The position numbers were made by a program, and so were the translations under genes. Below the pieces are notes generated by a model. It saw only the letters and a list, made by a program, of their open reading frames with translations, was not told the DNA's origin and did not search any database. Below, one piece after another: positions 43,890 to 51,924 of a stretch of DNA of 53,546 nt. The stretch spans positions 1-53,546 of IMG/VR virus record IMGVR_UViG_3300025146_000019; one strand, given 5' to 3'. Every line of letters begins with the position of its first letter. Position 1 is the stretch's first letter. This DNA comes from a virus. Lineage: Duplodnaviria > Caudoviricetes.

Positions 43890-44575
43890 GGGGCCGTCCC
43901 CCCGGACGGGGGGTGTGCGGCGGACCTTACCGGCCAAGGGGCCCCCCCTCCCCCCCGGTGGTCGCGGGTGCGTGGGCAGGAGACGCTGGCAGCTGGTGGG
44001 GGGTACCCCCTCCCCCCTCCCCCCTACATGGGTGGGGGCCGGGGGTCGCTCGCTTGCCGGTCGGTGGGAGCCGGCCACCGCCCCAGGATCGAGGGGGGGC
44101 TCCCACGATTTTGCGTATCCCTCCGTAACTACAGCGCTTTATGTTGAACGATCCCGAGACCTTAGCACGCGACGCGACGCGTCGTGCATAAGATCCCGCA
44201 ACGACACAAGATAATCTCCTGCGCCCTCGCCGTGTTGCGCGCGACCCCCGCCGCGCGCCCGCCTGTCCTGAGCCTGTCCTGACCGTCGCGTAAGTATCCG
44301 TACCCTCGTCAGGACACAGCTCCTGGAGTCTCTCGCGCCGCCTCGAGTCTCCCTCACCCCTCTCGCCTCCACAGGGGTTACGCGAGATAAGGTAAGCCTC
44401 GGGTCCAAATCGAGGCTCCTGGAGGTCCAGCCTGGGGAAGACCTCCCCCATGGTAAGCTGCGACTCCAAGACACGAGCTAACTCTCCGTCCTCTCGTGCC
44501 GAGCCACACGGAACTAGGGGTAGTGGGGGGAGGGAGTCAGGGGAACTACCCCTAGGTCGCCTCGCCTGGACGGCC

Positions 44576-45355
44576 CTAACCATCCGTGTTCTCATCAGGC
44601 ATGAGAGTGACACCAGGGCTCACCTCCACGCCGGCCGGTTCCGGCCCTGCCCCCAGGGCCGCCTGCACTGCCTCCCCAGCCGCCTGCCTCCTCGCCTCCG
44701 CCTGGGCCATGATCTCGTTCACCCGGCCCACCAGGGTGCGCACCTCCTGGCGCTCCTCCTCGCTCAGCAGCGAGAGGTCGACCCGGGCGTTCCCCTCGGT
44801 GTCCACGTGCTCGACCTGGACCTTGTCGCCCCACCTGGAGCGGTCCAGGGCGCGGGCGTACCTGAGGAGGAGGGTGTTGTCGTAGCGCTCCTCGTAGGCG
44901 ACGATGACGCCCTGAGAGACGATGGGGCGCTGGTACGCCATCATGGCCCTGCGCTCTATCTCGTCCTCGATCTTCGCCAGGGCCTCGGCCTTGGCCGTGT
45001 CGACAGCTGCGCCGAACTCGGGGTCCTCTCGGGCGAGGCGCACCCAGGTGCTGTAGTCGATGCGACCCTCGCCGGGGTCCGGGGCAGCGGCCTTGGCGGC
45101 ACTCGGCATGCTGCCCGTCTCGGCGAGGCGCTTCAGGAACACCGCCTTCCGCCTCTCGGTGATGGGGGCGCGGAGGATCCGCCCCGTCACGGGGTCGCGC
45201 TTGGCTACGTTCGCTCGGCTCGGCTTCGAGACTACGGGTACTTGGCCACTGGACGGAGGCTTAGCCACGGGTGTGTCGGCGCGTGTGTCGGGAGACTTGG
45301 TGAGGCTCTCGGCTCCCAGCCTAGCCCAGCCACGGGTCGCCCGGCAAGCCCCCAT
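44576..45355 (-). CDS. terS: Terminase small subunit-like protein (start uncertain, possibly GTG 45268)
   Basis: HTH F..RLAETG...AA, DPEF..A...A, IE.EI.RRA and YDNTLL..R..WGDK. Upstream of terL. Confidence 0.8.
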   Translation of the reverse strand: MGACRATRGWARLGAESLTKSPDTRADTPVAKPPSSGQVPVVSKPSRANVAKRDPVTGRILRAPITERRKAVFLKRLAETGSMPSAAKAAAPDPGEGRIDYSTWVRLAREDPEFGAAVDTAKAEALAKIEDEIERRAMMAYQRPIVSQGVIVAYEERYDNTLLLRYARALDRSRWGDKVQVEHVDTEGNARVDLSLLSEEERQEVRTLVGRVNEIMAQAEARRQAAGEAVQAALGAGPEPAGVEVSPGVTLMPDENTDG

Positions 45356-45460
45356 CTGCCCAGTCGGTGGGCCCCTCGACCTACCTCCTCCACCGAAGTC
45401 ACCGGGTCGAGCGTCAAGAGAGTAGGAGATTCGGTTGGCTGGCCGCGGGGTTACTACTAT

Positions 45461-45671
45461 ACTTGACTCTCTCTACTTAAAAGAAGAAGAGTAGAGTAAT
45501 ACAGGGGCCCCCAGCGCCCCGCCGGCCCCGGGCCTACCGATTGAAACGTGTCGAGCTAGTCGAGCTAGTCGAGTTCCCCGCGTGATCACAGCAGATCCAC
45601 GAACCGGAAGTCGAGCTGGTCGAGCGCCAGGTCGAGCGGCCCGCCCCGCTCGGAGTCGGCGGCGCTATACT
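45461..45671 (+). repeat. Copy B of the ~220-bp iteron-containing element
   Basis: ACTTGACTCTCTCTACTTAAAAGAAGAAGAGTAG, GC spacer, GAAACGTGTCGAGCTAGTCGAGCTAGTCGAGTTCCCCGCG, CACGAACCGGAAGTCGAG, ending in TATACT. Confidence 0.85.
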
Positions 45672-45678
45672 GACCCTC

Positions 45679-45942
45679 ATGCCCCTATCGTTCCGATGGC
45701 GCTCCGTGACCCGCGACCAGGCCAGAGAGTTCATCCATAAGCTGCAGGCTGGCCTCACGGTGCAGGCCGCAGCCCGCGAGAGTTCCACCTCGGTGCCCGG
45801 ACGGGTGCGCGCCACCTGGAAGACGTACCATGCGCTGGCGGCCCACGACGCCGAGTTCTGGGACGCGCTGCACCTGGCCTTCAGGGGGACGGCCTGGCTG
45901 CAGTTCCTGCCGCCCCGACCCGCCACCCCTGGGGCCCCCTAG
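45679..45942 (+). CDS. Stand-alone TerS-like HTH domain protein (only convincing plus-strand gene)
   Basis: TATACT lies 7 nt before the ATG. Aligns by eye to the TerS N-domain. Fills a gap between minus-strand genes and ends in a convergent stop overlap. Confidence 0.7.
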   Translation: MPLSFRWRSVTRDQAREFIHKLQAGLTVQAAARESSTSVPGRVRATWKTYHALAAHDAEFWDALHLAFRGTAWLQFLPPRPATPGAP

Positions 45943-46316
45943 AGTTCCACCCACCGGGGCGTCGCCACCGACCGCCCCTCCCTGCGCGCCCGCTCAGCCG
46001 CCGCCAGCAGCCTGGGCATCCACCGCTCCATGGTGCCCTGGGCCACCTCCTCGGCGTAGACGAGCCACGGCCAGCATGCGAGCCGCACCAGGGCGAAGCA
46101 CCGCACCCGCACCGTGGCCTCCAGCGCACGCCCCTCGGCCTGCACCAGGCTCATGGGCTCCACGTCGTCCATGGCCCGGAACAGCGCCGGCCACGGGCTC
46201 GCCACGGCCTCCGTGCGCAGCCACTCGCCGTCCGCCCCCAGCAGGGGGAACTCCCCCGTGATGCGGTAGCCCGCCAGTCCACCACCACCCCGCTGCAGAG
46301 CCCACTGGCCCGTCAC
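45939..46316 (-). CDS. Hypothetical protein
   Basis: GTGA overlap. Confidence 0.6.
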   Translation of the reverse strand: MTGQWALQRGGGGLAGYRITGEFPLLGADGEWLRTEAVASPWPALFRAMDDVEPMSLVQAEGRALEATVRVRCFALVRLACWPWLVYAEEVAQGTMERWMPRLLAAAERARREGRSVATPRWVEL

Positions 46317-46696
46317 GGCGTCGCCACCAGGTCCCCCGACCTGGGCCGCTCGAACCGAGCCACGCTGCGGCCGTCCACCTCCACGCGCCCCTCGAACATC
46401 GCCAGCGGCCGGGCCCACACCTGGTGCCGCGCCAGGCTGTAGTACACCACCATCACCTCGCCCTCCGCCCCCTGGTACCGAGACGTGTGCGGGTACACCG
46501 CCACCTGCCCCGCCGCGTCCACCACCAGCGAGAACGAGCACTCGCGCTGCTCGCTGAAGCGGCCCTCCATGACGTGGACGTAGACGTCCACCTGCGGGTT
46601 GCGGCGCACGGGCGCCACCTCCAGCGCCACGTACCACCCACCCTTGTAGTGCCGGCGCAGGCCCACCACCACGTCGCGCACCTCCACGCTGGTCAC
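46313..46696 (-). CDS. DUF1653-like protein with an internal insertion
   Basis: RHYKGGWY...MVVYYSL...VWARPLAMF..V......RF. Confidence 0.75.
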   Translation of the reverse strand: MTSVEVRDVVVGLRRHYKGGWYVALEVAPVRRNPQVDVYVHVMEGRFSEQRECSFSLVVDAAGQVAVYPHTSRYQGAEGEVMVVYYSLARHQVWARPLAMFEGRVEVDGRSVARFERPRSGDLVATP

Positions 46697-47310
46697 AAGG
46701 GCCTCTCGTGCCACACCTTGCCCGCTGCCAGCCCCTGGCGGAACATCTCCTCCAGGCGCAGCAGCAGGCCCACGTAGTTGGCCAGGGGTCGGTTGCTCCT
46801 CGTGGCCAGCACCTGGGCCACCGCCTCCGCCACCTCCGGCGTCAGCTCGGTGATGCCGCGCAGCAGCCCCTCGAGCTGCACGATGCCGATCCCGGCCCTC
46901 ACCGCCAGCTCCTCCACCCCCACGCCCACCGCATCCATCATCTCCCGGATGTGCGCGCCCGGGTGGGTCACCCAGTCGGGCGAGAACGGCCTGCCCTCGG
47001 TGTCCACCTGCTGGTCGCCCCGCGAGATGGCCCGGTCGATGACGCGTCGGTCGGTCTCGCTGGCCACCAGGCGGTTGGCCTGGGTGGGGCACGTTGGCGC
47101 GTGTGGGCTGCCCTCCACGTAGCGGCCGCAGTCGCGACAGAACCACGCGAGCAGCACGGTCACCTGGGCAGGGTCCAGCGCCCGCAGCAGGTCGCGCGCC
47201 TCCTCGGGCAGTCGCTCGCGGTGGTGCGCCGCGTGCCCCGCCACCCTGTCGGGGGGCATGTCCAGGCCGCAGGTGCGGCAGGTGTACAGCGGGTTCAGCA
47301 GGTGGCTCAC
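46693..47310 (-). CDS. Zinc-finger plus HigA-like XRE HTH fusion
   Basis: CRTC..H...H, CRDC..H..C, then FSPDWVTHPG..IRE....ELA.RAG....L..LLRG...LTPE.A. Confidence 0.72.
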   Translation of the reverse strand: MSHLLNPLYTCRTCGLDMPPDRVAGHAAHHRERLPEEARDLLRALDPAQVTVLLAWFCRDCGRYVEGSPHAPTCPTQANRLVASETDRRVIDRAISRGDQQVDTEGRPFSPDWVTHPGAHIREMMDAVGVGVEELAVRAGIGIVQLEGLLRGITELTPEVAEAVAQVLATRSNRPLANYVGLLLRLEEMFRQGLAAGKVWHERPL

Positions 47311-47933
47311 TTCGCTCTCCTGTTCTCGTGCGGGAACTCCGCGCCCCACTGCGCCGCCAGCATCTCCTCGGTGACCTCCACCCCCTCGTCGCGCAGCACG
47401 CCCATCAGCTGCTCCCACGGTGACCGCAGCGGCCTCTCCTGACACAGCTGCAGCCCCGGTGCCCTCAGTCGGATGCACGCGGCCACCCAGTTCTCGGACC
47501 ACGCGGCCCGCGCCTGGTGGTCGGCCAGCGGCCACCCGAGCCAGGCGTGGCGCAGCAGGCACTCCCCTCCCGGCGGCCCCAGGGTGAGCGTGCCCCAGCC
47601 GGGCATCGGGGTCGGGGGCGTCCGGGCCCACCCCTGCGCCCGCACGCTGGCGAGCCAGGCCTCGCGCTCGCGCAGCGTGCACAGGGCCACCCCACCCAGG
47701 GCGCGCACCGCGTCGACTGCCTCGGGGGCCCGGCAGTAGTAGGGCTCGCTGAGGTAGGTGAAGCCGTCGGCGAGGTCCGCCTCCACGGCCTCGCGGACCT
47801 TCCCCGCCAGCAGCAGCTCCATGCGCCGCGCCTGGTACGGGTCCTCCTGCGCTCGCCACCCGAGGAGGGTCATCGCCCGGCGCAGCGACGTCGTGCCGGT
47901 CCTGGGCAGCCCGACGTTCATCACCAGTCTCAT
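47307..47933 (-). CDS. Sulfotransferase-family protein
   Basis: ATG 47933. PAPS-binding-like VGLPRTGTTSL..A..LLG, TLRERE.WL.S, W..L...L and FPHEN. Confidence 0.78.
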   Translation of the reverse strand: MRLVMNVGLPRTGTTSLRRAMTLLGWRAQEDPYQARRMELLLAGKVREAVEADLADGFTYLSEPYYCRAPEAVDAVRALGGVALCTLREREAWLASVRAQGWARTPPTPMPGWGTLTLGPPGGECLLRHAWLGWPLADHQARAAWSENWVAACIRLRAPGLQLCQERPLRSPWEQLMGVLRDEGVEVTEEMLAAQWGAEFPHENRRAK

Positions 47934-48295
47934 GACCCCAACCCCACGTGCACGCGACCTGATACGCCGCTGCGGTGGATCTCGGCAGCCAGGCCGCAGC
48001 GCTCGCACTGCGCCAGGTTGGTGCCCACGTGGTCGTGCTCGCTGGGGTCGAGGTCGTTGCCGTCCTTCATCTGGCGTGTCAGCTCCATCAGCAGCCAGTT
48101 GAAGCGATGACCCCACCCACCGTTGCCCGGCTCGTGCGCGTCCATGGAGACGAGCAGCTCCGCGATCTCCTGGTCGACGGTTACACGCTCGCGTTCCAGC
48201 TGCTGCAGCTGCCGGGCCGCCTCTCGCAGGGCGGGCAACGCGATGTCTAGGGTGTGCGCCCTGCTCAGCAGGACGCGGTATGGCTTGCGGCTCAT
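47930..48295 (-). CDS. Hypothetical protein
   Basis: Coupled ORF with an H/CxxC/H cluster at the C-terminus. Confidence 0.65.
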   Translation of the reverse strand: MSRKPYRVLLSRAHTLDIALPALREAARQLQQLERERVTVDQEIAELLVSMDAHEPGNGGWGHRFNWLLMELTRQMKDGNDLDPSEHDHVGTNLAQCERCGLAAEIHRSGVSGRVHVGLGS

Positions 48296-48651
48296 ATGCG
48301 GTCGCTCACCCTCACGTGGAACTGGTTGGCCGCGTGCGGCACCACCACGAGGGTGCCGTCCGGGCTGTTGACGACCAGCGCGCCCCGGTCCTCGTCGATG
48401 TGCACGTGGACCCGGTAGCGCAGGTCCTTCAGGCGGTGCTGGACCAGTTCACCAGCGATGGTGAACTGGATGCGCGCGCTGGGCGGCAGCCCGCGCTCCT
48501 GCTTGCGCCGGTCGTCGGCCGTGTAGTCCAGCAGGTGCGTGTTGGTCTGGCCCTCCTCGCCTGCGGCGGCCAGCGCCCTGCGCTTCCAGTACTCGAGGTC
48601 GAGCTGGAGCTTGGTCACCATGTCGGCCTCCCTCTTGGTCATCGCCGTCAC
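48292..48651 (-). CDS. Hypothetical protein
   Basis: GTGA overlap. Confidence 0.65.
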   Translation of the reverse strand: MTAMTKREADMVTKLQLDLEYWKRRALAAAGEEGQTNTHLLDYTADDRRKQERGLPPSARIQFTIAGELVQHRLKDLRYRVHVHIDEDRGALVVNSPDGTLVVVPHAANQFHVRVSDRI

Positions 48652-48905
48652 GCACCTCCCCTGCGGTCGACGTGGTCGGGCTCCGTGCCCCGGTCCATCA
48701 CCTGGTCGATGCGCCCCTCCAGCTGCAGCGCGATGGCCACGCTCCACCGGGCCACCCACTCGGGTGGGGCGCTCTCCGTGCGGTACGCGGTGGTGCCCAG
48801 CTCCACCTCGCGCGCCAGCGCCGCCAGTGGGCCCGCGATGTTGCCTGCCATGCGCATGAGGCGTGACTTGCGCTCCGCTCTCCTCTTGTCGGTGGCGTCG
48901 CTCAA
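48648..48905 (-). CDS. Hypothetical protein
   Basis: TTGA overlap start. Confidence 0.55.
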   Translation of the reverse strand: MSDATDKRRAERKSRLMRMAGNIAGPLAALAREVELGTTAYRTESAPPEWVARWSVAIALQLEGRIDQVMDRGTEPDHVDRRGGA

Positions 48906-50155
48906 GACCCCACCGCCTGGGGCTGCCACGGTCCCGGCTCGTCGCTCTCCTCGGTCTCGCAGTGGACCACCGCGACCTTCTTCCTCCGCCGCGCCTCCAT
49001 CGCCGCCACCTTCTCGCGCAGCTCCGCCTGGCGCGCAGCGCTCGCCTCCGCGCTGATGGCCGCTTCCTTGGCGTCCTCCCGGCGCCGCAGCTCGTTGCCG
49101 AGCACGACCTTCACGTCGCACACCTGGCGGATGAGGTGGCTCAGGTCGTCGGGGTCCACCCTGGCCAGGTCGAGGTCGCGCCTCATGGCCGCGATGTTGG
49201 CCATGTGGATGCCCCGCTCCAGCGCGATGCGTGGGTCGCGGCCCTCACCACCGGCCAGCCGCTGGTTGTCCAGCCGGTCCTGTAGACTGGTGACCTGCTG
49301 CCTCAGCTGCTCCCGCTCGGCCAGCACCTGCGCCAGGTCGACGTGGGCCGTGGCCAGGCGCTGCGGCTCCGCCGGCTGCGTGGGCACCTCGAACGAGCCA
49401 CCCACCTGCCAGTTCTTGTCGTCGTGGCGCGGAGGCTCCTTCCCGTGGTCACGGTCCCCGAACGGGGTCACCACGCCCATCGTCTCCAGGATGGGCGCAG
49501 CGCGCCAGGCGCCGCTGGCGTAGTATCCGAACACCTGCACTATCCTCTGGGCCATGCCGCGCGGAGACACCTCGTTCACCAGCTCGCGGTGGGTGACCCG
49601 CATGGCCATCCTGCCGTCGTCGTAGAACAGCTCCCAGTCGCGACTGGCCGCGTCGTAGTGCATGGTGCACAGCTCGGTGTAGTGCCGGTCGCGCTTCCGG
49701 CAGTAGGCGCGGGCGTTCGCGCTGCGCATCGACCGGCGTGCCTCGCTGGGCGTGGCCACGGTGGTGCGCCGCCCCACCCCGATGGGCCCATCGGACACCT
49801 CGACGATCACCCCGAGCTGCGCGGGGAGGCGGCCCTTCACCATCACGGCCGCGTTGTGGCCGAACGTCAGGGGTGGCTCGCGAGCGCCCACCTGCCTGGC
49901 GTCCACCATCACCACCCAGCAGCTGCCGTCGGGCGCGCGCACCACCGGCTGCACCAGGCCCTCGTGCACCAGGCCGACGCCCGACCAGTCGCACAGCACC
50001 TTGCCGCGCAGCTTGAGCCTCGTCTCGTTGTGGCGGACCTCCATGGCCTCCACCGGCAGCTCGTGGGCGGTGCCCGGCACCTCGTACATCGGCTTGTCAT
50101 CGGCCTCGACGGCCCAGACCGAGATCGTCCAGATCCTCTTCTTCTCCTCGCTCAC
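48902..50155 (-). CDS. Multidomain hypothetical protein (417 aa) with C-terminal coiled coil
   Basis: Coupled ORF, typical codon bias. Confidence 0.7.
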   Translation of the reverse strand: MSEEKKRIWTISVWAVEADDKPMYEVPGTAHELPVEAMEVRHNETRLKLRGKVLCDWSGVGLVHEGLVQPVVRAPDGSCWVVMVDARQVGAREPPLTFGHNAAVMVKGRLPAQLGVIVEVSDGPIGVGRRTTVATPSEARRSMRSANARAYCRKRDRHYTELCTMHYDAASRDWELFYDDGRMAMRVTHRELVNEVSPRGMAQRIVQVFGYYASGAWRAAPILETMGVVTPFGDRDHGKEPPRHDDKNWQVGGSFEVPTQPAEPQRLATAHVDLAQVLAEREQLRQQVTSLQDRLDNQRLAGGEGRDPRIALERGIHMANIAAMRRDLDLARVDPDDLSHLIRQVCDVKVVLGNELRRREDAKEAAISAEASAARQAELREKVAAMEARRRKKVAVVHCETEESDEPGPWQPQAVGS

Positions 50156-50850
50156 AGCAGTCCTCCGTCTCCGCTCTCGCGGCGTTCGTCGCTCACGTCC
50201 ATCACGGCCACCACCCTCGCCCCGGGTCCCAGCGCCTCGTCACACAGCTCCCTCGGGTACACCTTCTCCAGGAACGTGCGCGCCAGCACCCGGTCGCCCC
50301 CGGTGAGCCGCACGTACCCCTCCATCGTCTCGCGCACCTCGGCGCGTCGCTTCTCCAGGTCGCGCTGCTCGCGCCAGTCACTCCACAGCTCGGTGGTCTC
50401 CTTCTCCACCTTGCTGAGGGCCTCGCGGTACTCGCGCGTGCGCGCCTCGTTGGAGGACACGATGCGCTTGCGCTCCTTCAGCGCCAGCTTGTGGTGCTCC
50501 ACCGCCTCCTTGGTGGGCAGCTGTACCGACTCCACGCGCATGCCCTTCAGGGGCTCGACGTAGTTGGTGCCTGCCTCGTAGTCGTTGGCGACGTCGAACA
50601 GCAACATGCTCATCAGCGACTCCGCCGCCTCGGCCGTCTGGAACGCGAAGCCCAGGTCGTGGCCGTAGCCGTACCCGATGCGGTACACGGTCTGCGTGGG
50701 CAGCCTCACCTCCTCGGGCACCGCCTCCAGCTCGGGCTCCCTGGGGCGCAGCACGCCCCGCTCCATCAGCTCCACCGCCAGCAGGTCGCGCACGGCGTCC
50801 TCGGTGAGGGCGGCCCGCTCGGGGCCGGTCATGTTCCAGTAGCGTTTCAT
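50152..50850 (-). CDS. Hypothetical protein (232 aa)
   Basis: RBS AAGGAGG, ATGA overlap. MKRYWNMTG... Confidence 0.75.
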   Translation of the reverse strand: MKRYWNMTGPERAALTEDAVRDLLAVELMERGVLRPREPELEAVPEEVRLPTQTVYRIGYGYGHDLGFAFQTAEAAESLMSMLLFDVANDYEAGTNYVEPLKGMRVESVQLPTKEAVEHHKLALKERKRIVSSNEARTREYREALSKVEKETTELWSDWREQRDLEKRRAEVRETMEGYVRLTGGDRVLARTFLEKVYPRELCDEALGPGARVVAVMDVSDERRESGDGGLL

Positions 50851-50996
50851 CGCCCCTCCTTGCACTCGTAGCGAGCACGCTCCTCCTGGACGCGGCCCTC
50901 CACACAGGTCTTCACCATGTACGAGCAGAACAGTCCGCCCAGCACAACCCACAGTGTCCACGCAAAGATCTCTCGCTTCTTCAGTCCGTCGCTCAC
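50847..50996 (-). CDS. 49-aa single-pass membrane protein
   Basis: RBS AGGAGG, GTGA overlap. IFAWTLWVVLGGLFC. Confidence 0.55.
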   Translation of the reverse strand: MSDGLKKREIFAWTLWVVLGGLFCSYMVKTCVEGRVQEERARYECKEGR

Positions 50997-51136
50997 GACT
51001 TCCTCCTGGTCCCCTGTCGATGGATGATGCCGCACTTGGGGCACTTGGCCCCCTTGGCCTGTGCCGGCGTCCACACGGTGAATACCTCGCCGCACTCGCA
51101 TCGGATGTTGTAGGGTGGTGCCAGCTGCTCAGCCAT
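50993..51136 (-). CDS. 47-aa zinc-ribbon protein
   Basis: MAEQLAPPYNIRCECGEVF...KCPKCG. RBS GGAGG. Absent from the ORF track. Confidence 0.65.
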   Translation of the reverse strand: MAEQLAPPYNIRCECGEVFTVWTPAQAKGAKCPKCGIIHRQGTRRKS

Positions 51137-51383
51137 CGTCCTCCCCCTTGCCCGCGTTCACGTTGTCTGCTGCCTTCTTGGCCTCCGCCGCCTGCTGGGC
51201 CAGCTGTGTGTGCTTGGAGACGATCAGCTGCTCCTGCAGCCGCCGGCACTCCGCCTGCTCCTCGGCATTCAGCGGCCGGCTCTGCTCGCCTCCAGCCCAA
51301 CGCAGCGCCCGGCTCAGCAGGCGCAGCTCGGTGCCGGTGAGCACCAGGCCATAGGTGATGTTGACCCGCACGTCCATGGTCAC
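51129..51383 (-). CDS. Hypothetical protein (84 aa)
   Basis: Coupled ORF. Confidence 0.65.
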   Translation of the reverse strand: MTMDVRVNITYGLVLTGTELRLLSRALRWAGGEQSRPLNAEEQAECRRLQEQLIVSKHTQLAQQAAEAKKAADNVNAGKGEDDG

Positions 51384-51628
51384 GCCGAGGGCGGCTCCAG
51401 CCGCACCCAGTCGGAGCCCACGTAGTAGGTGAAGGCGTCGGCGTTCTCACTGCCGTCCAGCAGCACGCCGAGGATGCGGCCCCTCAGGCGCCGCGGGTCC
51501 CAGTTGGATAGGTCGTTCTGGAGCACGGCTCCCTCCTCGTTGATCGACACCACGGTGCCCCGCTCCTCGCGCAGGTCGCCACTGGGGTCCGCCGCGATGA
51601 TGACGCGGTCTCCCACCTTGTAGGCCAT
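51380..51628 (-). CDS. Small SH3/KOW-like protein
   Basis: MAYKVGDRVII...GTVVSI. TGATG overlap. Confidence 0.6.
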   Translation of the reverse strand: MAYKVGDRVIIAADPSGDLREERGTVVSINEEGAVLQNDLSNWDPRRLRGRILGVLLDGSENADAFTYYVGSDWVRLEPPSA

Positions 51629-51924
51629 CACTTGGCCTCCACCAGCAGCTTGCGCATGGGCTCCACGTTCTCCGGGTTCTGCATCACCACCACGTCCATC
51701 CAGCTGTTGAGGCCCAACCAGGCGGCGATGCCCTCGCCTGCGGCGTAGATCATCTGCGGGCTCATCTCGTCCTTGTCCTTCCTGAAGTGCGACCGCACCA
51801 CGGTGAGGATGATTCAAAGCGTGCCGTTCTTCCGCACGACTCCCTGGCTGCTGTCCAGGTAGGCCGCGCGAGCGGCAGCCTTGTCCCGCTTGGTGAGCTT
51901 GATGGTTGCGTACCTGTTGATCAC
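51628..51924 (-). pseudogene. 98-codon gene interrupted by an in-frame TGA at 51814-51816
   Basis: GTG 51924 overlaps the helicase stop and TGA 51628 overlaps the next ATG, both in the same frame. ...KNGTL*IILTVVRSHF... Confidence 0.65.

Noticed and set aside
43927-44613. 228-aa minus-strand ORF in the terS-terL spacer
   Set aside because: Low-complexity R/G/P-rich translation, atypical codon use, and it runs through homopolymer and palindrome tracts.
45549-45637. GTCGAG repeats as a possible CRISPR array
   Set aside because: Units are only 6-9 bp with no unique 25-40 bp spacers and no cas genes. They fit iterons or binding sites better.
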